Below, piece after piece: positions 12,901-24,368 of a stretch of 41,307 bases of DNA. Both the position numbers and the translations under genes were made by a program. The notes below the pieces were generated by a model that saw only the letters and a program-made list of their open reading frames with translations, was not told where the DNA came from and ran no database searches. The stretch comes from Catajapyx aquilonaris (lineage: Eukaryota), in contig JYFJ02003456.1 of NCBI GenBank assembly GCA_000934665.2, forward strand, positions 1 through 41,307, given 5' to 3'. Position 1 is the stretch's first letter. Every line of letters begins with the position of its first letter.

Positions 12901-15900
12901 GGAGCCATGTGTCATCATCGCCACAAGCCGTTTGAAAAAACTATCGCCCTCAATGCGATCGAGTTCCAAGCGAAAGCAAAATGGGTGGCTCTTTTGCACC
13001 TCAAAGAGATGGTGAGGAACCAGCGAGGATGCCAACTTCCTGAGACCTTTCAGTCTTTCAGAGTCCTAAGCATAGTGCTCTGACTTGTCCCACACTCGAA
13101 AGCAAGCTCCTGTGTTGTCCATCTCTGAGGGTCCAGCATGAAGCGTCCAACAGCTCCAAGTGAATCAGGCTGGAGCCGTCTTAGGGCGATGGTGTGGTAG
13201 GGAGGTCACGATCCCCTTTTTGTTTCCCCACCCCCCTCGCGATATGGGCAACATGAATATGCAGATAAAATTGTAATCTCCGGAGCTTCAAAACTCAGCA
13301 AAGGTCATCTCTGGACGTGTTACTGTTTTTGAATAAAAAAATTCACGCCATGACTTATGAAACAACCCACATATAATAAAGTACCATCAAGTGTGTCATA
13401 AAGCTACTCTCGAGTGTGCCTACATTACAACAGACGAGCTACTGTTTCCTATTTGTACCAAGATTATGTGCATTACGATCAGTTTGATAATTTCATAATA
13501 ATGTACAGATGATAGGAAGGGATGATCCCTGGCATCGTTCCACCATGTACACATATTAACTAACTATTTTAGGCAAATATCATGATACCATTATTTTCAT
13601 TTATGGCTTTTATGCAGACCTGCATAAAAGCCATAAATGAAAACAATGGTATCATGATCTGTGGTCATAACTGCTTCCAGCACAAATTTTCAATACAAAT
13701 TTGAATCGCTGCACAATGCATGCATGCTCTCACTTCATTACAAATGCAGCATGTCATGAAACTGTGCTTTATGCTTGTGGGATTACAGCTACAAATACTT
13801 ACGATTGCTGGAATCAAATGAGTCAGCCTTAGAGAGCTGTGAATGTGGGCGTTCTGAAATCATGCTTTCTCTTTTCTGCTTCTCTTGGTCCTTTCTGCTT
13901 TGTCTCACTCCATCAAAGGCCTCCATCCAGTCTTTCTAATGTGCAAAATAACATGGCATTAACCAAAACACCAGGAGAAGGAGGAAGTTGACAACGTGAA
14001 CTTACCTTGCTCTGTGCACTTGAGCTCTGAAAGACTCTTGTGTCGGAAGACAGAATCTTGAAGGCATGCTTCACATGATCAACATCTTTTATGTTGACGA
14101 CAGCCAAACTTTCTAAGCCATAAAGCTTCTCAAATCTGTACCGGTTTGGTCCACCCCTAAAACAAAAGCATCGCAATTTTAGTAATTTCACTGAGTATTA
14201 TTGATACATGTAACATAACAATAATCATATTTATCCACAGTTAGATTTTGTCGTTAAATGAACAAGAATTGTCTTCTCATCTAAATGCGATAAAGTGTGC
14301 ACACCTGCTACCAATCCCCTTGGCAACAAAAAAACAGTCATTGAGAAGGCATCCCCTGACCCTCTGCATGGGAATGTTCTCCACTGCGTCCAGCTCTATG
14401 AGATCCCCATCCTTCACCAAGGTCCTTCCTGGCACCTCCAGTACTACACCACACCCTTCTATCTTCTCTAAGAGAGCCACCAACTTTTTTCGACCTTCAT
14501 TCTCCTCTGGCTCCACCTTCCTGTCTCTCTCCTGAACACCATTCATCTCATGCATTGTCTCCCCTTGGAGGGAGGTGTCAAGAAGAGATGTCAGAAGTGT
14601 CTTCTGCTCCGTCAGCATGTGAGACAGTTGGTACATCTCACTCTCCAGGTCTGGAAGAGTTATTCCATGGTCACATGTGGTAAAATTAAAAACCTTGCAA
14701 GAACATAGCATGGTAAATCGCATTTCCTGGGCATAATGGGTTGAACCAATAAGTCACAATCTTCCTAATCACTCATAATAAAATTATAAATATCACATGC
14801 TCTTTTAAATAATTCCTACTCTATGTAAGCTTGCAGCTGGTTTTATAAAAATTTACCGTGCAACTAATAATGACTTTTAATTGTCCCAGTTATCATTGGT
14901 TCTCACAGTAACTTCCTCCTAGACAGAAAATAGTAATAAAAGGAGTGATTTTTAGAGCCCAACTTGTCAACTGAAGGCTGCACATGCACCTTTATGTATG
15001 CAGGTAATTATGAAACATTAATAATGACATAATCACACTATAATAATGGATACCCCGTGCTAGGCCTCCTTGGGCCTCTTAGGGGATCATCTTTTATTTA
15101 ACCAACTTTAATCATTGCCTGCGCTGTGATGGATTTTGATAGCAGGAGGAAACAGAAGAACCCCGAGAAAACCCATGCGAACACGGAGAGAACCCATCGA
15201 AACTCCCACATAAGAATCCTCCGTCCGACCCGGGGATCGAACTCGGGACCTTAGAGGTGGAAGGCTGCGGCGCTAACCACTCCACCACCGTGTCACCCAT
15301 GACATAATCATACAAGCTTACATGAAATCTCCTTGGCAGCCTCAATAAACTGCATGTAGTTTTGGTACACATTCTTTTTGAGCTGGCTGTTGGTCTCCTC
15401 TGCTAGAGAGCGAATCTTCTGCCTTTGTTCCTGTAAGTCCCTGCTGTTCATGTTCTGCAGGGTCAGCTCCTTCACATCTGCAAAATATAACACCCTTTAC
15501 ATGGCTGAACAAATAATATGCCAGTGTGTTCCACTGAGATAATGATATTCAAAAGTATGTCATGAAATAACCCAGACAGGTGTGCGTGCCTCATGCTGGT
15601 TTGGCCCTTTTGTATTTAAAATATACTGTACCAGTGTTATATTGATTTACTTCAAAATGCTCAGTCCCTAGATCTAACAGGTAGTTTTGCATCCAATGAA
15701 AGTGTTTCAGACTGCTGCTGCATGATAAAATGTGGGACATATGGGAAGTAGGGGAAAATATGCAGTGTCCAATTTCACATTATGAAATTTATAAGACCCC
15801 TCTCAGGTCAGGGTACACCAGTGCTTCCCAAATTGTGGGTCGCGACTCCATTTGGGGGTCGTGAAAATAATATTTGGGGTCGTGAGGAAAGGTAACAAAT

Positions 15901-17175
15901 TATTTTCACAAAATGATGCTATCTTTCTTGAAAATCATGACCATAAGGTAAGGTCATTTCACTGCTTACCTGTCTTTTCATGTGGGCGGATCGAAATGTG
16001 CACATATAGGGGGGTCGCTAACGAAAGAAATTGGGAAGCACTGGTGTACACCAACCAGTGCAGTGAAAAATTATAAATAAAACAATAGTCTAATAGACAA
16101 CATCAAGAGCTAACAATTAGTTATTAGCTCTTGACAACATGGGATGTCTCTTTATAGCGATTGCATCACATTTTGTGTGTTTTGTACGCTATTTCATTCC
16201 AGAACCTCAGCATTATTTTGTGACCCCTTCATTAATTTCCAAATCCCCCCCATGCAGAAGTGGTGACCAAAAATGTGGAAGATATGTGCATTTCACGACA
16301 CACAACATTTGGTGTCATGCAGTGCTAAGAGTAAGGAGTCGACCTCAGATTAACTCCAAATAACAACTTCACTCTACAAATGTGCCTAGTCTACTCCGGT
16401 CTACTCCTTAGCATCAGAAGTAAGCAACATTCCCAGTAAAACATGCAACATAGTCTGCACTCATAGGTCACCACATCTGCACCAATCTTCTCCAGCCAAA
16501 CACTTGCTTTTTCCATTTCCTCCATCTAATACAGCGACAGGCACATTTTTCTTGCCTGCCATGTCTCCTGCATCTCTGACTACCCTTTTCAGCGGAAATG
16601 TCAAGACAGTTTAGAAAAGTCAATACAATTGGCCTCCTCGTCCATTGGGTCTAAACATCTCTGACACACTGTTTGCATTCTACATTTGGAACTGGAGAAT
16701 TATCTAACAAATATTAGCATAGTGGACCCACCACTAGTGTATACACATGTACGCATAATATTTAGTATACAGTATGTGTGTGTACATGTAATGCATGTAG
16801 CGTGCACATAATATTTAGTGCACAAAATGCATGTAATATTTAAAGTGTGGTGTATCTTAGTAGTCTGATATCTTTGTGTAAAGTGATCCAGACACCTTAC
16901 TAGAAGGAGGAAGACCAAAACTGATTTTTCAATGCGTACACCTCTGAACCCCAACTGGTAAGCGGGAAACCTTACAATTCCCCATCCCACAATGTTGCGC
17001 AGGCATCACCAGCTCAGTCCCAATTCCCTCCCTTGTCCCAACCCGAATGACCCAGCGGTGACCCCTAGTGACATGACAGTCTCCCCTTGTGTCAATAGTG
17101 GTGTCCAATCTCACATTTCTCAGGGCTGAAGTCCTGCCCCGCGAACTTGGCCGCGGTCGGAGTGGTGTCCGACAT
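9980..17175 (-). CDS. EXOC8: Exocyst complex component 8 (Exo84), 10 coding exons, 702 aa
   Basis: Hand-built model: complement(join(9980..10174,10286..10714,10944..11074,11891..12216,12368..12548,13803..13935,14006..14156,14305..14650,15322..15477,17115..17175)) = 2109 nt, GT-AG with consistent phases. Motifs: DFSPEKYVKEL, LKKNVYQNYMQFIEAAKEISYLESEMYQLSHMLTEQK, PH domain (GDLIELD...LLNDCFFVA...LAVVNIKD), SPNKSLRGGPRAAR, LGQPQVACDLFLKLRS. Confidence 0.95.
11116..11779. mobile_element. Non-autonomous DNA transposon in an EXOC8 intron
   Basis: Imperfect terminal inverted repeats GGGGAACTAGCCTT / AAGGCTACTCCCCC around a CpG-rich interior containing paired GTGACGTCA palindromes. Superfamily uncertain. 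Confidence 0.5.
12596..13371. mobile_element. Mariner-derived fold-back element with about 300-bp inverted arms
   Basis: TA|CGAGGGTTGTTTCATAAGT ... ACTTATGAAACAACCCACA|TA. The minus strand retains transposase remnants (WTTQELAFECGTSQSTM; LVPHHLFEVQK similar to WVPHEL; EGDSFFKRLVA similar to FLKRIVT). Confidence 0.9.
13579..13658. repeat. Near-perfect palindrome: 39-bp arms, 2-nt loop
   Basis: ATCATGATACCATTATTTTCATTTATGGCTTTTATGCAG-AC-CTGCATAAAAGCCATAAATGAAAACAATGGTATCATGAT, one mismatch. Confidence 0.95.
15036..15298 (-). mobile_element. tRNA-derived SINE with a V-SINE-like core
   Basis: A box TGGTGGAGTGG, B box GTTCGATCC, central TGTGGGAGTTT...TTCTCTCCGTGTTCGCATGGGTTTTCTCGGGGTTCTTCTGTTTCCTCC resembling the V-SINE core, 3' stem-loop, and a 12-bp TSD ATGACATAATCA at 15024-15035 and 15299-15310. 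Confidence 0.88.
15819..16043. mobile_element. hAT (Charlie-like) MITE
   Basis: TIRs CAGTGCTTCCCAA / TTGGGAAGCACTG; 8-bp TSD GGGTACAC / GTGTACAC (one mismatch). Confidence 0.88.
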
Positions 17176-18001
17176 CCTCTCTCTTCTGGCGAGACCGTAG
17201 GTGACAAAACCTCAAAACCACCAGAAAAATAAACGAAACGAACAAATAATAATAAAAAAGGAGGACACCCACAATCGGCCCCCTTTTTTTTTTCTTTCTC
17301 TTTTCTTTTCTTTTTTTTACCAATGCGCACTCCGACGTTCACATGTTCGACAAAATCAAGGGTGCCAACATGCACAGTTTGGCAACACCGGTTTTTTAAA
17401 CCGTGCATCCTTCTTAAAACACTGCTTAGATCCAATTAGCGGGAATGTGTACGGTTAAATCGAGTTAAAATGCGGTTTAATTACGATCCGGTCAGGATTT
17501 GAATCGGGCGGGTGAGCCTCGGGGCGGAGATCATTTGCATCAGCCAGGGGTGGACAAACGGTCGAATTTATTTTGAGCTCTCTGCTCACTGCTACTAATA
17601 TCCCAGAAAATAGCAGGTAGCAACCCCAGTGCTTGGCAAGTGTTCACATACTTTCTCTACATTGCGGATTAGTAAAAAATGCGTTTCTCATCCGATAAAT
17701 TCCGAAAAGAAGTAGGTAGTGGCCTTTTAAACAATTCCTGCAGTCTGCTCCGACCGGCAGCAACTCATCAACAGCTATTTCCGTAGCAGCTGCTATGCGA
17801 TTGAATCGCCAACTCGCGCCAACTTGCCCTTTTCCCAACGACCCAACATGGCGGCCTCTTTTCCCCGGCCCTGAAACGAACGTTGTGTGGTGCTCGTGCC
17901 GCTTTCGTTTTTCGGCCATCCCCGCCGCCTCCAGGCCACTGGGTTCTGGCGCCTTTTCCTCCGCCTCCTACGTCGCTGCCCCCACGCCGCCTGCCGCTGC
18001 G
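17176..18001. promoter_or_regulatory. Putative bidirectional promoter and 5' UTR region shared by EXOC8 and the POM121-like gene
   Basis: Divergent start codons lie 0.6-0.8 kb apart; the region is CpG-rich relative to the CpG-depleted gene bodies; YY1-type AACATGGCGG motif at 17845-17854. Confidence 0.7.
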
Positions 18002-21000
18002 ATGGAAGGCGCCTACGTGAGTCCCCTGCCACCGGATCGGGCCAGGGTCCTTCCCACCCGGAGAAGCATGGAGGAGACGAGGCCGTCCCCGTTCATCCCG
18101 AGGCTGGGCCTGTTCCCGGTAGTCAGACTCAACCCGGTCCCTCTGCCCAGGATCAGGATCAAGAAGGACCTCAGGAGGAGGACCATGTGCACCGTCAGGC
18201 TCGCCTCCCCCTACGCCATGCTAGACCAGCAGCCACTTGGGTAAGGGCCCATGCTCAGCAGGACTTGCAAAGCTGAAGCCGTGAATTAAATACGTGCAAG
18301 CTCCGCACAGCCTATTTTGAAGGAATTTTAGTACCTATTTGCATTCCATATGTGTTGGCCGTACGGGAGTGCAACCAAAGGTAATCGTTAAGTGCAAGTA
18401 CAGTAGAACCCCGATTGTCCGACCTCGGATTATCCAACTGACCCACACCAACACTAAATGAATGTTTTCTCATCAAATACTGTATTGTAGGCCTTCTAAG
18501 CACTTGTTTTGTATTGACTTAATTAAATTTAAAAAAGTAGAGTGTATATGTAAAGGATAAATACTTCACTATTTCTTAGAAAACCATGATATTGTATATT
18601 GTTTCTTGCTTTCATGTTTTTTGTTGTGTTTCATTTTTCCTTTGCTCTTAGGATTATCCGACCTTTTTTTTGTGTTCCGACCATGCCTTGGTCCCATGGG
18701 TGACAGATAATCTGGGTTCTACTGTAGGTGCTGGAATTAGCTGATGTGAGAAAAAGCCACACTCTGAGTGCTGGGGCATTTGGGGTTACTTTGAGTGACT
18801 AGAAGAAACTGGCTCTCTGACATTGTGTAATGCCAGGATCAATGACCTCACTTGGCGCATTCAATAATGATAATATTGATAATTGATACTTTACCCTGTG
18901 ATGGGCTTGTGGAGTTGTAAATTATAATTTTTAATTTCTTTGGTTTTGCAATGCCCACAAAAGACACTCGGAACCTTCCAAAATTATTATTTTAATAGCC
19001 CAGATATATGATGACCAATTTTTTCAATACATATTGTAGTCTACAACTGTTATTTAATTAAATCAATGCTTGCCTAGAGACTGATCACTTCCCTCTTGCG
19101 TAAAGAATCGTGTGCCTAGGTCCAGGACCTGTATACTGGACCCCGACGTCTCGAGGGGAACTCGAGGATGCGACTCTGCGTGACGTCAAAATGACGTATG
19201 CAGACCAATCCGGGGCAGGGGAGGTACCCAGCCTACGTCATTTTGACGTCACGCAGAGTCGCATCCTCGAGTTCAACTCCAGACGTCGGGGTCCAGTATA
19301 CAGGTCCAGGTATTCCCGAGTAACCAGTCGGAGCAATTTGGTATATCACTGTACTTATCATGCCTGCACAAGAACACTTGGTGTCCTTAAGTCTCACTTT
19401 ATGAATAATAATTAATATAGATGTCTCATCAGTAAACATGCTAATAATTTAATTTAATGAAGAAAACCAGTGGGGCACATCAGTGAAGTGTTACAAAAAA
19501 CTTGCATGTATAGACACACATTAGAAATACTGGAACCTTTTTAGAAATTCAATTTTTGGGCCACTTCTTGCTCATCGAAGTCTTATCAAATGAGGTTAAA
19601 GTACAGGGTAGTCAAAAAAGACTGCCCCGATTTAAAAACCCTATAACTCGAAAACTTGTAAACATGTCTTAATGATGTAAGTTTTGACATGCTAAGAAAT
19701 GTCTAAAGTCTCACCTTACTTTGTTTCGAAATGAGCTTCATTTGTCACATGGCAGATTTTAAAATGCGGTGTTCAGCACACACCGGATCAATCATGTCTA
19801 GAGTTACCATTGGGATCGTATCCCGTAGGTGCTGGAGATGGTGGATCTGTACACTATTCTTGATGATGTACATGAAAAGTCAAAATTCGTCTCATCCATG
19901 AAACAAACCTGCTGTAGGAAAGACTCATTTGTTCAGCCTCCCACTGTGCAAAGGCTTGAATGAGACGTTGCCCAGTCCCCCCCCCCCATAAGCCCATATC
20001 TTACCCAAATTGACTTTTTTGTGGAGATACATGTATGGTTTAATGATCCAGGATCTCCAGCACCTACAGGATAAGATTGCAATGGTAACGCCAGACATGT
20101 CTGAGTGGGTTAGGCACAACATCAATTACCATATTTACATGTTCTGAGCGACAAATGGAGCTCATATCGAAGCCAAACCATGGTAAGACCAAAACTTGAG
20201 ACATTTTTTAGCATTTCAAAACTTAATCATTTAGATGTCTGCAAGTTCTCAAGTTATAGGGTTTTCAAATTGGGATACCCTGTATTTTTGGGCAGTTCCC
20301 CAATTATTTATCCCCCTGCCAAGTTAACTCCACGCTTTTGTAGTTTTTGCCAGGTGCCCCAAAAATATCAGCACAGATTCTGTCACAGACGGTTAAGGGG
20401 GATAAATTTCCGAGTTTTCCTATGCCATTGATTGCACTGCACTTGACCTTGCACTCCCTGTGTGACAATTAAGATTATCGAAATCTTCACAGAGGGAGTG
20501 CAGTTATGAGAATTCTGGGTCATCGATGATATGTGCAAGCCAGGTGTCATAATAACAATACTAGCGTTTTGTCTTTGTAGAAACATACCTAAGAGAAATC
20601 ACCCATTGTGACACTTCTTAAACATTAGCATGCCATACTCAGTTTATTCATTTTTTCCTTGGTACACAACATGTATTCTTGGTATTGGAACTAACTTGTA
20701 AGTATAAGCAGCGAATTTCACAGGGTATTAAAAAGTGGAGCCCTGTGAGTGTTGATTGATTGCAATGTTCCTTATGATGTGTTGTTTTTTCAGTAGTCGA
20801 AACCACTTTGAAACCACCAGCATTCAGCAGGATCCTCCTCCGACTGAGAATGGGCAAGATGTAATCCATGCTCTACAAGCTATATCTGAGTCACACATTC
20901 CGGGAGAAGACCATGTCATCGAGCACTCAACAACTTCACAGCAGCAGATGCAGCAGCAGAAGAGAGTGGACAGGACACCAGAGCAGGAGTTAGTATGAAG

Positions 21001-24000
21001 CTGTTTGTGGACGCGATTTTTATTCTCCTTAGGTAATGATGGGCTGCCTTAGTGCATTATTCATGATGTTGCTTCACATGTGTCAGGAATTTGATAAGAA
21101 CGGCCTGTTTCTTCAGGAATTATTGGAACCCCCTTGCATAAAAATATTTCACTTTTACCCCATGGTGTAACTTCAGATTGGGGAAGGCCAGTACTATAGA
21201 AACAACACAACTGAGTATAGTAGGTATTACGGCAGAGATGTGGCAGTATCGGTGAGACTGTTCATAATGCAAAGTCAAAGAATGTTGACAAACACCTTCT
21301 AAAGTGGTTTATTTCAACAGCAGGGACCAGCCACGCAAACGGACCCGGAACAACGAGATCTTCAGCTCCCTGAGTTCTTCAGCTATCATGCGTGTTCCTA
21401 AGCGCACGCTTGACCATTCAGGAGCCTCATCTTCTGCATCCTCCTCAGCCTGCAGCACACCACTTCCACCATCCCTTGGAAAGCACCTCAGGCGGGCTTC
21501 TCCGTTTTCTTCAGCTCCAGGATCTGCCACACATTCCATCTGCAATGGAGAGGATGGAGGGAAGGAGCACACACTGCAGCGAGATCAAAAGTGGTCAGCA
21601 AGATCTACTCCAAAAAGGACTCCACCATTGGTGCATGGAGGAAGAGCAGAGCTGCAGCGTGACCTAGAACGGGACAGACAGAGGTTGGCAACCATGCTGG
21701 CCGCATTTGGAAGTGGCAGTGAGGACAAGGGAGATGCCAAAACTGAGGGCCAGACGGCAGCAATGGCCAGCCTCAGCACTGAAACCAATGTGGTCACATC
21801 CAATGCAACCCCAATATTGGCTGTATCACCCAACACTGTGTCCAAGGTTGGTGAGAATAAGTCAGCGCCTGTCTCAACAGCTGCTACATTGTTGGCAACC
21901 CAGCCAACACCCACTGCATCACCATCATCACTGCTAGTGTCACTGTCAAGTCCCGGTACCCAGGCACCTGGCAGTAGCATTTCCAACTTGCAAACTGGGG
22001 TGTCCAACAATGATTTTCCAAAGGTTGCACTTCTGCCAACTACATCTTCCGTTGGATTTCCACATTTCCAGAGTGTACCAACAACATCTGCTGATGGTTC
22101 ACCAAAGGTGACGATGGCACCAGCAGCACTTGCAGGTGGATTCCATAAACTTGCAACACCACCAGTGACGTCTCTCAACACAGTTCTGCAGTTTGGGTCT
22201 GCCCCTGCTACAGTAACTACACCGTCAACTGCAACGACTAGTACATTAGGTCTACCCACCAGTATCTTCAGCTTTGGGGCACAACAACCAAGTACTACAA
22301 CAGTTGTGGCAGGAACACAACAAGCAGCAGAGGTGACAACTTCCACAAATGTGTCACTGTTGTCAGTGCCCGCAACTGCTGTGTCATCATTAGGCTCACA
22401 GATAGCAACAAGCCAGCAGCAACCAGCTCCAGCATGGAGTTATAAGGGGCCAGAACAGACCACCACTGCGGCTGTGTCACAGCCATTTGGTTTTGGTTCA
22501 CAAATGACAACAGCCAATTCCTCTGCTGCATCACAATCAGATGCGACGTCAGCATTAGGGGGGCATCAGCTTGCACCTGCCAGTACCACAACTCTACAAC
22601 TATCAGGTTTTGGTTCACCTTCAAGCCTGAAACAGTCAGCAGCACCAATATTTTCCTTTGGCTCCAAGCAAACCACTGTGGAAACAACTGCACCTGCCTC
22701 CCAGCAGTTGCCATCCACTCCCACCTTAAGCTTTGGCCAGCCATCTTCGGGTTTGGGGATGCTGAAGTCAACTTCAAATACTGTTACCCCTCAGCAACCT
22801 GTCTCGTCACTTTTTGGAACACAGCCCTTGACTACCTCAAGCTCTGCTCCTTCATCAATCTTTGCCTTTGGTGCGCAACAATCCACAGCTGCCAGCAGTA
22901 CACCTGCTGCCACATCATTTGGCTCACAGCAATTAGCTCTTTCCAGTTCACAACCCCTGCCGACATTTGGCTCACAACACTCGGCTGTGATTTCAACCAG
23001 CTCACAACCAGCATCTATATTTGGGTCTCAGCCAGTTTCTGCCGTCACTTCACAGCCTGCACTCACATTCGGGTCCCAGCCAGGTGCTGCTGCCACTTCA
23101 CAGCCAGCAGCTACATTTAGCTCGCAACAATTGGGAGCTGGAGGAATGCAACCTACACCAGCATTTGGGTCGCAGCAGATGAGCACTGGAGCTTTGCAGA
23201 CTTTGCCATCGTTTGGCTCACAGTTTACTCCTGGTGGAGGCACACAGAATCTGTTTGGTTCTCAACAGTTGGGTGTGACTAGCACTGCAACCTTGCAACA
23301 ATCCATGCCAACATTTGGTGCACCACAGTCAACTTCTGCTTCCACCCAGCCTGGGAGCATCTTCTCTTTTGGTGCGCAATCAATGGCAGCGACAACCGCC
23401 ACCACTCAACAGCAGCAGCCAAGCTCAATTTTCACCTTTGGCTCTCAACAAACTTCTGCCACAACAACCATCTCCCAGGCACAGCAGCAGCCCTCTTCAA
23501 TCTTTAGCTTTGGCTCGCAGAATTCAGCTGCACCCTCCTTTCCATACGGCTCCACCCCTCAGCCAGCCACGACATTGCCATTTGGTGCTACACAGCCAAC
23601 ATCAGTAGCACCATTTGGGTCGACGCAGCCAACTCCAGCAGCGTCAATGCCATTTGGGTCAACACCATCTTCATCAATGACACTGTTTGGGTCAATGCAG
23701 CCAGCAGTAGCAACAACAACAGCAGCAGCAATGACATTTGGATCGACACAGACTCCACAATCATTTGGATCGACACAGGCACCACCAACATTTGGTGCCT
23801 CTCAACAATCGCTGCTGCCAACAGCACAGTCCAGCTTCAACTTCACACCCAACAATGGAACTGCAACAACCATGTCATCCTTGTTCTCTTTTGGTACCGC
23901 AGCACCAAGCACAGCAACAGCAGCTAAGCAGCCAGCAATGGGGAGCATGTTCCAGTCCAACAACAACTCTGCAAACAATTCCAGCTTGTTTGCATTTGGT

Positions 24001-24336
24001 GCGCCTAAGAGCACAGCAACGGAAGCAGCACCACCCAATGTCAATCCCTTTGGAAACAACAACTCATTCTCCTTCCCATCTGGTCCTGCAACCACTGCAT
24101 CCACTTTCCCTTTTACAACAATGAGCACTGCAACAACGACAATGTTCAGCAGTCAGTCAAGTGGCCCAAGTGGACTGTTCACATTTGGGTCAAGCATGCC
24201 AAGCACAACAGCCACTTCCAAGTTCAATTTCACGCCTACCAACACACAGCTTGGTGGTGGTGGTGGTGGTGGATTCAACTTCAATGCCGCTGCACCAAGC
24301 AGCAATACTTTTGGTGGCATGGCAAACACACAGCAG

Positions 24337-24368
<32 letters not shown>

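Noticed and set aside
17484..17546. ADANDLRPEAHPPDSNPDR as a possible first EXOC8 exon
   Set aside because: It has no in-frame ATG. The exon at 17115-17175 (MSDTTPTAAKFAGQDFSPEK) fits the family motif and the splice phase.
22850..23800. Regularly spaced TTTGGCTC/TTTGGGTC repeats that superficially resemble a CRISPR array
   Set aside because: They are FG(S) codons inside a eukaryotic ORF; they are short and degenerate, and no cas genes are present.
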